From the IMG/VR virus record IMGVR_UViG_3300031159_000070, positions 73,048 through 137,047 of that record: a stretch of DNA of 64,000 nucleotides. One strand, given 5' to 3'. A model generated the notes under the pieces. The model worked only from the letters and a program-made list of their open reading frames with translations. It ran no database searches and had not been told where the DNA came from. Below, piece by piece: positions 46,064 to 55,938 of the stretch. Within the stretch, counting starts at the first letter, position 1; each line of letters opens with the position of its first letter. The position numbers and the translations under genes are program-made. Source of the DNA: a virus.

Positions 46064-46591
46064 ATGGCCCAGCTAAACAATCTTCTTCGGTACTACGCCG
46101 TCTACCTCAACGGCGTTGGCTACATGGGCGAGGCTGAAGATGTCAAGCTGCCCGAGCTCAAGATCAAGCGCGAGGAGTTCCGCGGAGGTGGCATGGACAT
46201 CCCCGTTGATGTCGACCTCGGCATGGAAAAACTCGAGACGGAGTTCAAGCTCTTCTCCTACGATCCCATGGTCTTCCGCCGTTTTGGTCTCCTCGGTCAG
46301 TTTGCGCGCACGCCGCTCACTTTCCGCGGCCACCTTGAGGGCCAGGACGGCGTGACTCAGGGCATCAAGATCAACATGGACGTCAGGTTGATGGAGAACG
46401 TGCCCGACAACTGGCAGGCTGGCGAGAAGGCTTCCGTGACGGTGCGCTGCGCGGTCGATTTCTATGAGTATATTCAGAACAATCGCGTGCTCATCAGGAT
46501 CGATCCGCTTGGATTCCACCGCATCATCGATGGCGTCGATCAGCTGCTCGAGGCGCGCATCAATCTCGGCCTGCTGGCTGGCGCCAACTAA
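46064..46591 (+). CDS. Major tail tube protein (P2 FII-like)
   Basis: LPELK..EEFRGGGMD.PV..DLGMEKLE..IIDGVDQL..RINLG. Confidence 0.92.
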   Translation: MAQLNNLLRYYAVYLNGVGYMGEAEDVKLPELKIKREEFRGGGMDIPVDVDLGMEKLETEFKLFSYDPMVFRRFGLLGQFARTPLTFRGHLEGQDGVTQGIKINMDVRLMENVPDNWQAGEKASVTVRCAVDFYEYIQNNRVLIRIDPLGFHRIIDGVDQLLEARINLGLLAGAN

Positions 46592-46691
46592 TCACCCCGC
46601 CTGATCCGTCGTTGGGCCGACGCCCATGAGTTCCGCGCCGGCCGGATCGGCTTTTCTCTCAACTCTCACCCCCAACTGACGAGCCCTTCCA

Positions 46692-47240
46692 ATGAACGAT
46701 AAGCCGCAACGTGAATATGTTCTGACTGAAGCAGAGGCCAAGAGGCTTGGTCTGATTGCCGAGGATATGCAGCGTCCTCCGCAGCGCCGCGCCGCACAGG
46801 TCCAGGCCGCGCACGCCGTGCCGACACCGCATTCGGCCCGCGTGCTTCCCGGGATCCCCGGCGGCGAGCCGGTCGCGGAGGAGACTGAGACGTCGCCGGC
46901 CGCGGTGGCGGCAGCAACGGGCGAGCCTGCACCTCATGAGAAGCGCATCAAGCTCGAGGTTCCGGTCACCGATCCGTCGGGTAAGGTGTGGACTGAGGTT
47001 GTCCTGCGCCGGCCGAAGTGGTCGAAGATGGAGGAGTATGCGGGGCATCGTCTTGTGACGTCCGGCAAGCTCACCACGAACTCGGCGATCATTGCCGCGT
47101 GTGCCGGCGTGCCGCTCGACTTCATGCTGGACCTTGACGGGTTCGACGGCATGCGGCTGTTGGGCGCGCTCACAGATTTTTTCCCACAGGACCTTCGGGA
47201 CAAAATCCAGTCCACTACGTCAGCATCGGAGCAGACCTAG
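46692..47240 (+). CDS. Tail assembly chaperone (gpE-like)
   Basis: IKLEVPV..VVLRRPK..LDGFD..L..FF; slippery T TTT TTC at 47177. Confidence 0.8.
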   Translation: MNDKPQREYVLTEAEAKRLGLIAEDMQRPPQRRAAQVQAAHAVPTPHSARVLPGIPGGEPVAEETETSPAAVAAATGEPAPHEKRIKLEVPVTDPSGKVWTEVVLRRPKWSKMEEYAGHRLVTSGKLTTNSAIIAACAGVPLDFMLDLDGFDGMRLLGALTDFFPQDLRDKIQSTTSASEQT

Positions 47241-47407
47241 CGGACCGGTTCCGCTGGTCGCCTGACGTGTGGGAAGACTGGCCATGGGAGCGCCTCGTGC
47301 TGTGGCACGAGGAAGCTCTCCGGCGAGCCAAGCGCGAGCAGGATGAGATCGAGAAGTCGAAGCGCCAGTCACGTACAAAGGCGCCAGGGGTCAATCAGCC
47401 ATTCTGA
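47177..47407 (+). CDS. -1 frameshift extension (gpE+E'-like)
   Basis: -1 frame reads ..ADLADRFRWSPDVWEDWPWERLVLWHEEALRR, like P2 E'. Confidence 0.75.
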   Translation, partial: FFPTGPSGQNPVHYVSIGADLADRFRWSPDVWEDWPWERLVLWHEEALRRAKREQDEIEKSKRQSRTKAPGVNQPF

Positions 47408-47887
47408 TCAGAGTGTCAGGTTGATTTCCTGCATCTTTCCGTTCTTGCCGTTGTGGACCCGGATGCTGATGATCTGCGCCGGCTCTGTTTCGGCTTTGCC
47501 GTTGGGTCGGCGCGGGCGCTTGTAGTGCTCGCTCACCCTCACGCCGTCTCTGCGCATGTAGGGAGCGACGTAGACCGTCTTCCCCTCATTGGTCGATCTG
47601 GTAGGCTGATCCGACGGCCGTGCCGGGTTGTCGGATACGGCAGTCAGGGTGAAGATCACACCGTTGGCGGTCTCTCGAGCGACGATGCGGTTGCTGGCGA
47701 TGAGGTTCTGGAGATTGCGGAAGGCTGTGGTATAGCGCAGCCGTTCCATGTGCTCGGCGCTGACGAATGCACCGCGTTCTGTGACTGTGATGGTTGCCTC
47801 CGACATCCACGCAGCCGGGAAGCCGGCTTCGTGAAGTAGAGACATCACGTTGCGAGATGTGGTATAGGCGTGGCCAGCCTGGGCCAT
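47408..47887 (-). CDS. Moron protein carrying the R-x-D-G hairpin motif
   Basis: SD GGAGG; VYVAPYMRRDGVRVSEHYKR. Confidence 0.65.
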   Translation of the reverse strand: MAQAGHAYTTSRNVMSLLHEAGFPAAWMSEATITVTERGAFVSAEHMERLRYTTAFRNLQNLIASNRIVARETANGVIFTLTAVSDNPARPSDQPTRSTNEGKTVYVAPYMRRDGVRVSEHYKRPRRPNGKAETEPAQIISIRVHNGKNGKMQEINLTL

Positions 47888-47996
47888 GGGGACCTCCATT
47901 GGCTTGGGTTAGGGCCTCGCGCGGTGGTAGGAGCACCCGCGAGGTCCGCTTGTCAGTTTAGCAGATTTGATCGTAAAACCAACGCCTTAATTGCTA

Positions 47997-48359
47997 CTAA
48001 AGCTTGCCGGTCAGATACTCCACTATTATGCCGATAGCTATAATCATTATGAGTGGTCCGAGAAAATTGTAGCGCCGTGGTTCTCTGGCGGACTGCTGTA
48101 AAGCGGCCTTTAAGGTGTGGTTATCTGCTAAGGCGCTGGGCTCAAGCGTGCTGCTTTCGTCTCTCGCTTCGTCAGAAGTCAGGAGTGGTGAATATTCTCC
48201 GCAAAGCTCGCTCTTATACACCTCTGGCCAGTAAGTATTACCATATCTGGTTATCTGTGGCGGCAGACGCCGACAGATCCCATCACGCTCATCTCGCGCA
48301 TCACGAACTGGCTTGAAGTATTGGCACGTGCCGCAACGAATATCGTTTTCCTCCGGCAT
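47997..48359 (-). CDS. Moron: Cys-cluster protein with a C-terminal TM helix
   Basis: CGTCQYF..GICRRLPP..WP.V...CGEY; low GC. Confidence 0.65.
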   Translation of the reverse strand: MPEENDIRCGTCQYFKPVRDARDERDGICRRLPPQITRYGNTYWPEVYKSELCGEYSPLLTSDEARDESSTLEPSALADNHTLKAALQQSAREPRRYNFLGPLIMIIAIGIIVEYLTGKL

Positions 48360-48383
48360 TGCTTAGTGCTCCCCGACACGTAA

Positions 48384-48896
48384 TCAGCGTCTGGTGACCC
48401 TTAGGCGTTTGAAAAGCCGTAGGCAAAAAGATTGTGCGTAGTAGTTGTTCTCGCAATAGTCCAAGGCTCCCTTGGCGGCGATTGGATCTACATGCTCAAC
48501 TTTTGCGAAGTTGAGAATCATCGCTGAAGAAAAGCCAGAGTATTCAATTTTCTGAAGATCAGATGTTCTGATGCTGAGCCGTAATACGGGCTGCATTGAT
48601 GATTTGTTATAACGATTACGAACAGACACCTTCATAATCCAAACTACGCGATCGGCAGATTTATCTCCTGTCTCCTTTATCCACTTCCCGAATCGGCGCA
48701 GATCGATGGCGCTTAAAGCGAATATGTCAGCGTCGGTGAATAGAGGGTCAGCTGATTTTGTTACTATTACAGTCTTTCCTGACCTCTCGACCGTGTAGTC
48801 GTCGCTTCCGAAGAATCCTTCTATGGATTCTTCTGCTTTAGGATGTGCGCTTGCAATTACGCAGGCCGCCAAGATGCCAGCGATGAGAGTTCGCAT
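48384..48896 (-). CDS. Moron: secreted/periplasmic protein
   Basis: Signal peptide MRTLIAGILAACVIASA; low GC. Confidence 0.65.
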   Translation of the reverse strand: MRTLIAGILAACVIASAHPKAEESIEGFFGSDDYTVERSGKTVIVTKSADPLFTDADIFALSAIDLRRFGKWIKETGDKSADRVVWIMKVSVRNRYNKSSMQPVLRLSIRTSDLQKIEYSGFSSAMILNFAKVEHVDPIAAKGALDYCENNYYAQSFCLRLFKRLRVTRR

Positions 48897-49018
48897 TGCT
48901 CAGTTCTCCCCTCATTTGCGAGAGTTGCAGCGAGAAAGTAGCAGCAGCTACTCGCACCATCCACGTGAACGAAAAAAGAACTCCAGCTCATCTACCAACA
49001 CTGGACTAAACCTCACCC

Positions 49019-52000
49019 ATGGCCGCAATGGACGTCTCCGTGCAGCTCCGGCTGCTCGATCAGATGAGCGCGCCCGCTCGCCGTGCGGCCGAAGCGTTGC
49101 GCAATATCGAGCGCCGCGCGCGAGCGCTTGGTCCGGCGGCACGTGGCGCTCTTCAGATGGCACATGCCTACGATCGTCTCGCTCTCAGTGCGCAGCGTGC
49201 GCAGGCGAAGATTGGTGCGCTGCGCGGCAAAGCGCTTGGTGTTGCTCTCGGTGCTTTCGGTTTGTCACTGCCGCTGAGAGTCGGGGCTGACTTCGAAAAG
49301 TCGCTGGTGCGGTTCGGCCAAGTCGCTGGCTGGACCGCCGAGAACATGCAGCAGAACATCCTGGCTCTTTCCCAAGAGCTGACAACGATGGCGCGAGCGA
49401 CGCGCCAAAGCTCCTCCGACTTGCTGCAAGGCATGACCACCATCGTCAACCTCGGCGTCGAGGCTGACGTCGCGCGCGTGGCGATGCTTGGTATCGGCCG
49501 CGCGGCAACTGCGAGCGGTGCTTCCGTCGACGAACTCGCACGCACCTGGCATGCGGCCAGCATTCACCTTGGCCTCAGCGCGGAAGCTGCTGAGCGCGCC
49601 ATGAACGTACTGCATCAGGCCGGCAAGAAGGGTGGCTTTGAGCTCACCGACATGGCGCGGTTCTTCCCGTCGTTCCTGGCCAACGTCGGCGTGCTTTATG
49701 CGGACTTCATCAAGCGCTCTACCGCCGGCATGACACCGGAGGAGGCCAAACGCTGGAGAGATGAGTTTGCGCTGCGAAAGCTGACTGAGATTGCGAGTTG
49801 GGCACAGGTTGTCCGACTTGGTGCCGCTGATGCCGAAACAGCTGGCACCAACCTGCAGAACATCTTCCAGAAGAACCTCATTCCGGAGACGTCGAAAAAC
49901 TTCTCAAAGGCCCTCGGCATCGATCTGCGCAAAGCGATGTGGAACGTCGTCAACCAAGGCGGCGATCCGATTCTGTTCGTCGCCGAGCGCATTGCCGATC
50001 TCGTCGAAAAGAACAAAGGCAACCCGCTGTTCCTTGGCGAGCTGTTTGCCGACAAGCAGGCGATGGAAGGCTACCTGCCTATCATCCGCAAGGTGATGCA
50101 CGAGCGCGGCCAACTCAGGGAGTTCATGAAGCAGGTTTATGCCGCGCGTGATGAGGGCATTATCAGCAAGGACTTTGCGACAGCGGTTAACACGGTCTCT
50201 TTTGCCTTCAAGTTCTTTACCGACGCGCTGAGCGAGCTCTACAAGGCGCTCACGCTGCTTGGCCTCGGCTCGCCACTGCGGTCGTTCTTCGAGTTCCTCG
50301 GGGATCGGATCTACGATCTCGTCCAGTTGATGCAGAGGAACAAGGAGCTCGCAGGCTGGCTGATTCGCATCGGCTCCGGAATCATGACGGCCATGGGGGC
50401 GCTCGTACTGCTGCGCTTCGTAATAGCAGCGCTCGAGTTTGCATTCGCTCGCGCCGGCATGGGAGCAATTACACTTGCCCGTGCGATCCCCGGTGCAGCA
50501 ACTGCAATCGGTCTTTTTGGAGCTGCTGCAGGTAGACTGCTGCGTCTGGGTCTGATTGGTGGCGCGGTGGGCGGTCTCGGCTTCCTGGCCTGGCAGCACT
50601 GGGATCAGCTCAGACCACACATGGAGTCTGTCGGGACTTGGTTCCTCGGCTTCATCAGCCGTCTGTCCACGATGTTTCCGGAGACGTTCGGCTGGTTCAC
50701 GGACACCGCGCTGCCGGCGATCACCGAGTGGTTCCAGACGAACTTCCCAACCCTTGCCACTTTCTTCTGGACGCTGGTCGATGCAGGTAAGCAGCTTTGG
50801 GAAGCCTTGAAATGGCTGTTCACCGGTATCGGTGATGCCAATGCGTTCGAAATTTTCAAGTCGAGTGTCGCTTCGCTTGGTGAGCTGCTGGGTGATCTGT
50901 TTCCGAGGCTTGAGGCTATCAGGGAGTTCTTCTCTCAACTTTGGGATGATCTCGGTTCCGATAGCTTGTTCACGCGTGTCGGCGCCTGGATGAAAGCTCT
51001 CGGCCTTGGTTTTCTTGCCAGCTCCGCAGGTATGATTCTGGCACGGGGACCTGCCGGCCTGCTGATGTCGCTGATGGCCCTGCGTACGATAATGTTCGTA
51101 GCCGGCATTCTGATCGGCCTCTTCAGCATGCTGGCGTCGATCGTGACGACATTTCTGACGCCATTCATCGAGTCGTTCTTCGATTCCGATCTATGGAAAA
51201 CGCGCATGGCGGGACCAGTTGCCGGGTTCTTTGGCAGCATCTTCGCGGTCATCGGCCTGCTGATTCTGTTCAGAGAGCATTGGGAGGCGGTCAAGGCAAG
51301 CCTTTCCGGATTCGTGGAGGGGGTGCAGTCGATAGTAGGTCCGGCATTCCAAGTCTTGCAGGAAGCCTGGACCGACCTCATGCGCACCCTGTTCGGCGAG
51401 GGTGAGGTCAATTACACCGAACAGGATCTTCAAGACATTCTATCGTTCTGGCGCAATATCGGCAGGATTGTCGGCGCAATTCCAGCATATGCTTTCCGCG
51501 GCTTGGCTTGGGCTATTCGCGAGCTCACTGCTGCGCTGAAGGAATTTCGCGATCTGGTCGGTCAGGAGCGGTTCGACGCCATTGTGAAATGGGGATCGAT
51601 CATCGCTGGCGCACTTGTCTCCTGGCTTGCGCTGCGAGGCGCCATCAAGGCTGTCGGCACTGCCTTGGTGTGGGTGCTGTCGAAGCTCAACCCCTTCAAA
51701 TGGGGCGGCGGCGGGATCCTCGGACGTATCACTGGTTTCGCAATGGGCGCTCTCGGCAGTACGGCGGCCGGGAAAATCATCGAGGCGTTGAGGACTGGTA
51801 CGCTTGCAAAATGGGCACCCAGATTGCTTCGTTTTGTAGGCGGTCCCGTCGGATTCTTTTTGCTGCTCTTTACGGTTATTGGCGCCGTCATCGACCACCT
51901 GGATGAACTCAAAGCAAAGCTAGATGAGATTTCCAACTGGGGTAAGGATACTTGGATCGGCAAGCTGTTCAGCTTGATGGGCGACAACATTGAGCGAGAT

Positions 52001-52339
52001 TCGACAATTGCTCGAATTTTGGGTCTCTGGCTGAAATCGAAGATGCAGCCGGCGCCGGCCGATTCAAACCTGCAGCCACAGTCAGGTGTCGAGAGTCCCT
52101 TCGGTCATTGGGCGCAAATGGCAAGCCAGCTCAACACCGGTATCGAAGCTGCCGGCCGGCAGGCCGCGACTGAGATCCAGAGCAGCGGCAGCCTCATCAG
52201 GTCGGCCGTCGAGCAACTGGCCGCGGCCATCCGCTCGTCCGCTGCGAGCGTAGCCCACGCCGCGCATGTGCCGGGGGGATCGCTGTCCAATCGCGCCGAA
52301 GGTCAGCTGGCCGACGCGCCATACTCGTCATATCCCTGA
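49019..52339 (+). CDS. Tail tape measure protein
   Basis: LRLLDQMSAP N-terminus, AGKKGGFELTDMARFFP core, W/F-periodic hydrophobic region. Confidence 0.92.
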   Translation: MAAMDVSVQLRLLDQMSAPARRAAEALRNIERRARALGPAARGALQMAHAYDRLALSAQRAQAKIGALRGKALGVALGAFGLSLPLRVGADFEKSLVRFGQVAGWTAENMQQNILALSQELTTMARATRQSSSDLLQGMTTIVNLGVEADVARVAMLGIGRAATASGASVDELARTWHAASIHLGLSAEAAERAMNVLHQAGKKGGFELTDMARFFPSFLANVGVLYADFIKRSTAGMTPEEAKRWRDEFALRKLTEIASWAQVVRLGAADAETAGTNLQNIFQKNLIPETSKNFSKALGIDLRKAMWNVVNQGGDPILFVAERIADLVEKNKGNPLFLGELFADKQAMEGYLPIIRKVMHERGQLREFMKQVYAARDEGIISKDFATAVNTVSFAFKFFTDALSELYKALTLLGLGSPLRSFFEFLGDRIYDLVQLMQRNKELAGWLIRIGSGIMTAMGALVLLRFVIAALEFAFARAGMGAITLARAIPGAATAIGLFGAAAGRLLRLGLIGGAVGGLGFLAWQHWDQLRPHMESVGTWFLGFISRLSTMFPETFGWFTDTALPAITEWFQTNFPTLATFFWTLVDAGKQLWEALKWLFTGIGDANAFEIFKSSVASLGELLGDLFPRLEAIREFFSQLWDDLGSDSLFTRVGAWMKALGLGFLASSAGMILARGPAGLLMSLMALRTIMFVAGILIGLFSMLASIVTTFLTPFIESFFDSDLWKTRMAGPVAGFFGSIFAVIGLLILFREHWEAVKASLSGFVEGVQSIVGPAFQVLQEAWTDLMRTLFGEGEVNYTEQDLQDILSFWRNIGRIVGAIPAYAFRGLAWAIRELTAALKEFRDLVGQERFDAIVKWGSIIAGALVSWLALRGAIKAVGTALVWVLSKLNPFKWGGGGILGRITGFAMGALGSTAAGKIIEALRTGTLAKWAPRLLRFVGGPVGFFLLLFTVIGAVIDHLDELKAKLDEISNWGKDTWIGKLFSLMGDNIERDSTIARILGLWLKSKMQPAPADSNLQPQSGVESPFGHWAQMASQLNTGIEAAGRQAATEIQSSGSLIRSAVEQLAAAIRSSAASVAHAAHVPGGSLSNRAEGQLADAPYSSYP

Positions 52340-52348
52340 GGCCCATCG

Positions 52349-52906
52349 ATGATCCTTGCTGCTTTGGGACCGGCTTTCGAGCCGGTCATCAAGGACGCGC
52401 TCTCGCGCTTGCATCGCTTGCCGGTCGTGTATGATCCGGAAAACATTCCCGATCTGTCCGAAGTACGCTCGCCCGTCGAGACGCTCGCCGAACAACCGGT
52501 CAAGCTCAACGAGACTTATGGTCGTGCATACGTCTTCGCGATGAACGACCTTCCGCAGACGATGCTCGATCGCAACTTCGAGTATCGCTGGGACCCGGCC
52601 AACCGTCTCGGCCGCCGGCCGGCGATGCAGTTCCTCGGGCCGGGCGAGGAGACCGTATCAATCAAGGGCATCATCTACCCGCCGCACTTCGGCTCATTCA
52701 GCATGCTGCAGTCGATGCGCGCGGAAGCCATGGCCGGCACGCCACGCCCCTTCGTGACGCAGTACGGCGAATATCACGGCATCTGGTGCATCAAGGCGAT
52801 CCGCGACAACCAGGGCCCCTATTGGCCAGACGGATATCCACGCAAAGTCGAGTTCACCATCGAGCTGACCCACTACGGGCCTGACGGCTTCAGCCTCGGA
52901 TTCTAG
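52349..52906 (+). CDS. Tail protein U (P2 gpU)
   Basis: YRW..NRLGRRPAMQFLGPGEETVSIKG..G.WCI..PRKVEFTIEL. Confidence 0.88.
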   Translation: MILAALGPAFEPVIKDALSRLHRLPVVYDPENIPDLSEVRSPVETLAEQPVKLNETYGRAYVFAMNDLPQTMLDRNFEYRWDPANRLGRRPAMQFLGPGEETVSIKGIIYPPHFGSFSMLQSMRAEAMAGTPRPFVTQYGEYHGIWCIKAIRDNQGPYWPDGYPRKVEFTIELTHYGPDGFSLGF

Positions 52907-52919
52907 CGAGACTTTAGAA

Positions 52920-53144
52920 ATGGCTTATCGCCTCTACCAGACCAAAGACGGCGACATGATCGATCTGATCGCCTGGCAGCACTACGGCAAGTCGAGCGGC
53001 TTTGTCGAAAAGATGCTGGAGGTCAACCGCGGCGATCGCGCGCACGCCCTGTCGAGCAAGCCGCTGGTTCTCCCGAGAGGCCTCAACATCCTGCTGCCGG
53101 AAGCAACCGAGGAACCGCGTCGCATCATCAGCCTCTACGACTGA
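52920..53144 (+). CDS. Tail protein X (LysM-like)
   Basis: YQTKDGDMIDLIAWQHYG..LEVN..LPRGLNILLP..ISLYD. Confidence 0.88.
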   Translation: MAYRLYQTKDGDMIDLIAWQHYGKSSGFVEKMLEVNRGDRAHALSSKPLVLPRGLNILLPEATEEPRRIISLYD

Positions 53145-53162
53145 TCGCAAGGTCGCTCAGCG

Positions 53163-54272
53163 ATGCGCCCGATGGTCAGCATCTCTGGTCTATCGGCCAA
53201 TGCCAATGACAGGATCATCGCCGTTGAGGTGCGAGACGAGGAAGGCCGCCAGTCCGATTCTGTCGACATCACGCTTGATGATCGCGACCAGGCAATCGGC
53301 CTACCGAGCGAGGGGCAAACGATAAGCGTCTCGATCGGCTACGTCGAAACCGGCCTCGTCTTCATGGGCTCGTACAAGATCGACAGCGTCAAGGCGAGCG
53401 CTCCGCCTTACGAAATCAAGGTCTCCGCCAAAAGCATCGACCTTCTGAAGAAGGGCAAGCATAAGCAGTACAAGGCTTACGAGAACAAGAAGCTCGGCGA
53501 GATCATTCAGGACCAGGCCAAGATCATCGGCGCCCAGGCGGTGATTTCGCCTGGGCTCGCCAATGAGCTTGTCGAATACATCGCGATGCAGGACGAGTCG
53601 GCGCTGCATTTCGTGACTCGTCTCGCCGATATGTATGATGCCAACGCCAACGTGAAGGACGGCCGGCTTGTTTTCACGGAGCGTGGCACGCTGACGTCTG
53701 GCTCGGGCTTGTCGCTCGGCACTGTCACGGTTCTCGGCCCCAACGGTGGCGGCATCACCGGATTCGGTATGCTGCCGGGGAATGTGATCGATTTCGACTG
53801 TGATATCGTCACGCGCCCGCAGGTCAAGCAGGGCGTCAAAAAGGGCTGGGACAAGGACAAGGCCGAAGAGTGGAGAGAGTCCGTGCTGTCTTTGATCGGC
53901 CCGGAAGCCGAGCAGACGGCGCGCTATCAGACCGCCGAGCGTGCCCGCGCCAAGCGTGAAGCGCAGGGAAAAGCGCGATCCCTGAAGCGCAACAAAGGGC
54001 AACTCTCACTCACGGTCGTCGGTGATCCGACAATTCGCGCTGAGTCGCCGCTCCTCGTTCAGGGCCTACGTGCTGGTGTTGACGGCATGTGGCGCGTGAA
54101 ATCCGCCACGCACACGTTCTCCGGCGGCGCCGCCTACGTCACGAAGATCGAAGCGGAAAAGCCAAACTCCGGCGGCTCCTCTTCAGGTGGTGCCGGCGGT
54201 GGTTCTGGCGGCGGCTCCAGTGGCGGCATGAGCGGCGCGACTTCGGGACCCCTTTCTCTGTTGGACGAATAG
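53163..54272 (+). CDS. Late control / baseplate hub protein D
   Basis: DEEGRQSDSVDITLDD..IGY..GLVFMGSY.ID..QDESALHFVTRLA..VKDGRL. Confidence 0.9.
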   Translation: MRPMVSISGLSANANDRIIAVEVRDEEGRQSDSVDITLDDRDQAIGLPSEGQTISVSIGYVETGLVFMGSYKIDSVKASAPPYEIKVSAKSIDLLKKGKHKQYKAYENKKLGEIIQDQAKIIGAQAVISPGLANELVEYIAMQDESALHFVTRLADMYDANANVKDGRLVFTERGTLTSGSGLSLGTVTVLGPNGGGITGFGMLPGNVIDFDCDIVTRPQVKQGVKKGWDKDKAEEWRESVLSLIGPEAEQTARYQTAERARAKREAQGKARSLKRNKGQLSLTVVGDPTIRAESPLLVQGLRAGVDGMWRVKSATHTFSGGAAYVTKIEAEKPNSGGSSSGGAGGGSGGGSSGGMSGATSGPLSLLDE

Positions 54273-54283
54273 GAGCCCATCCC

Positions 54284-54517
54284 ATGAAGAGACTGGCCAA
54301 TTTCGCAGGCGTGCTTGCGCTTTTCTTCTCTGGCTATCTGACCATCGGCGCGCTGTTCCATTGGCTGCTGTTTGGCCCATTCGTCGATTGGTCGTATCTG
54401 CCGAGCATCGTCATCCTGCTCGCGTGGCCCGTCATCTTCATCGCTGCTGGCATCATCTACGGCGCGCTCGAGAAAATCGTGCAGGTTGCGCGCCACACCA
54501 CCAAGCCAAACGCCTGA
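54284..54517 (+). CDS. Two-TM membrane protein (possible holin)
   Basis: SD AGGAG; two hydrophobic helices; upstream of the endolysin. Confidence 0.5.
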   Translation: MKRLANFAGVLALFFSGYLTIGALFHWLLFGPFVDWSYLPSIVILLAWPVIFIAAGIIYGALEKIVQVARHTTKPNA

Positions 54518-54542
54518 CGTTCCTCTAACCCCAGGCTGATCC

Positions 54543-55934
54543 ATGACTTTCTATCCGACAGAGGCGGAGCTCCGCCTCTATTGCCCGAACGCGCCCAAAG
54601 CGTGGATCGAGACTTTCGCACGCCTCGCGCCGGTTCTTTGTCAGCACTATGAGTTCAATCGCCTGCGCTGGATCCACTTTGCCGCGCAATGGGGTTTTGA
54701 AAGCGGCGGGCTCACGATCATTCGTGAGAACATGACCTTTACCACTGTCAAGCGGATCAAGGAGGTCTACAGCTATCGGCTGAGCCTGTGCATCCAGAAG
54801 GTCAACAGCGGCCAGGAAACAGAGCCGAAGATCGCCAAGGGTTCGACGGTCACCAAGCTCGCACAGGCATGCGTGCGCAATCCAACGCTGCTCGCTGATA
54901 TCGTCTATGGCGGGCGCGAGGGAACGCCGTGGATGCAGGGCTCTCGTTACATCGGTCGAAGCCCGCTGCAGGTCACGCACCTCAACAATTATCTGAAAGT
55001 CTGCAACGAGATTCGGCAGCAACCCGGTGGCGAGAACTGTCCCGACCTCGTCGCACAGCCTCAAGCGCTCGAGTTGCCTGAATGGGGAGTCAGGGCGGCG
55101 TTTGCCGATTGGATGATCAAGGGCCTGCACGAGTGGGCCGATCGTGATGATGTCGATATCGTCTCCGACATCCTGAACACCGGCAATCATCGCGACAACG
55201 TCAAGCCGCATGGGCTTCAGGAGCGCCGGCGCTGGCTCGCCAAGGCTGCCGCGCGTTGGCCCCGGGAGGAGCATCGCCCCGTGCCAGCAACAGCATTGCA
55301 ACCTGCACCGGCAGCTCAACCCGCGCCGGAACCCGTTGTCGAAGATGAGCTCGTCGTGGTTTCCGCACCTCAGGGGCCGATTTTGCGTCCAGGTGACCGG
55401 GGCGTGTTTGTCAAGGCTCTGCAGGAAAGGCTCAAAGAGCTCGGCTATTTCTCGGGCTTGATCGATGGAAAATATGGGCCGCTCACCGAGCGTGCCGTCA
55501 CCAATTTCCAGCGCGAGCACGGCCTTGTTCCCGATGGCATTGTTGGAGACCGCACCAGGCAGGCACTCGATCGCTCTGCGCCGCTTGATCTCGGGGAACG
55601 TGCGGACCTCGACGAAAAGGATCTGCTGAAACGCGGCTCGCGCATCGTCAAGTTTGGCCGCCGCATTCGCGCTTTCGGCAAATGGCTGTGGGGTATCACG
55701 TTCGGCGCGCTACTCGGTGAAACAACCGGTTTCGGTGTTATCGAGAATGCGATGTCCGTTGGCGAGCGCATCAATGCATTCGTCGACAAGTTCAACGTCG
55801 GTGGACCAAAATTCTGGATCCTCCTCACCCTCGTCGTGGTCAGTGTCGCAGGATTCCTCATCTCCAAGTGGGGTGATGAGACGGTGAAGGCTCGCGTCGA
55901 CGATGCGCGCAAAGGCGCAAACCTCGCGAGGTGA
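54543..55934 (+). CDS. Endolysin: GH19-like plus PG-binding domain plus C-terminal TMs
   Basis: HFAAQWGFESGGL..RENM, YIGRSPLQVTH.NNY, LQERLKELGY..IDGKYGPLTERAV..FQ..GLVPDGIVG. Confidence 0.85.
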   Translation: MTFYPTEAELRLYCPNAPKAWIETFARLAPVLCQHYEFNRLRWIHFAAQWGFESGGLTIIRENMTFTTVKRIKEVYSYRLSLCIQKVNSGQETEPKIAKGSTVTKLAQACVRNPTLLADIVYGGREGTPWMQGSRYIGRSPLQVTHLNNYLKVCNEIRQQPGGENCPDLVAQPQALELPEWGVRAAFADWMIKGLHEWADRDDVDIVSDILNTGNHRDNVKPHGLQERRRWLAKAAARWPREEHRPVPATALQPAPAAQPAPEPVVEDELVVVSAPQGPILRPGDRGVFVKALQERLKELGYFSGLIDGKYGPLTERAVTNFQREHGLVPDGIVGDRTRQALDRSAPLDLGERADLDEKDLLKRGSRIVKFGRRIRAFGKWLWGITFGALLGETTGFGVIENAMSVGERINAFVDKFNVGGPKFWILLTLVVVSVAGFLISKWGDETVKARVDDARKGANLAR

Positions 55935-55938
55935 TCCC

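Noticed and set aside
35778-54272. Tailocin, eCIS/T6SS or gene transfer agent
   Set aside because: Terminase, portal, scaffold, capsid and an att site are present, indicating a true prophage; GTAs of the RcGTA type lack a sheath
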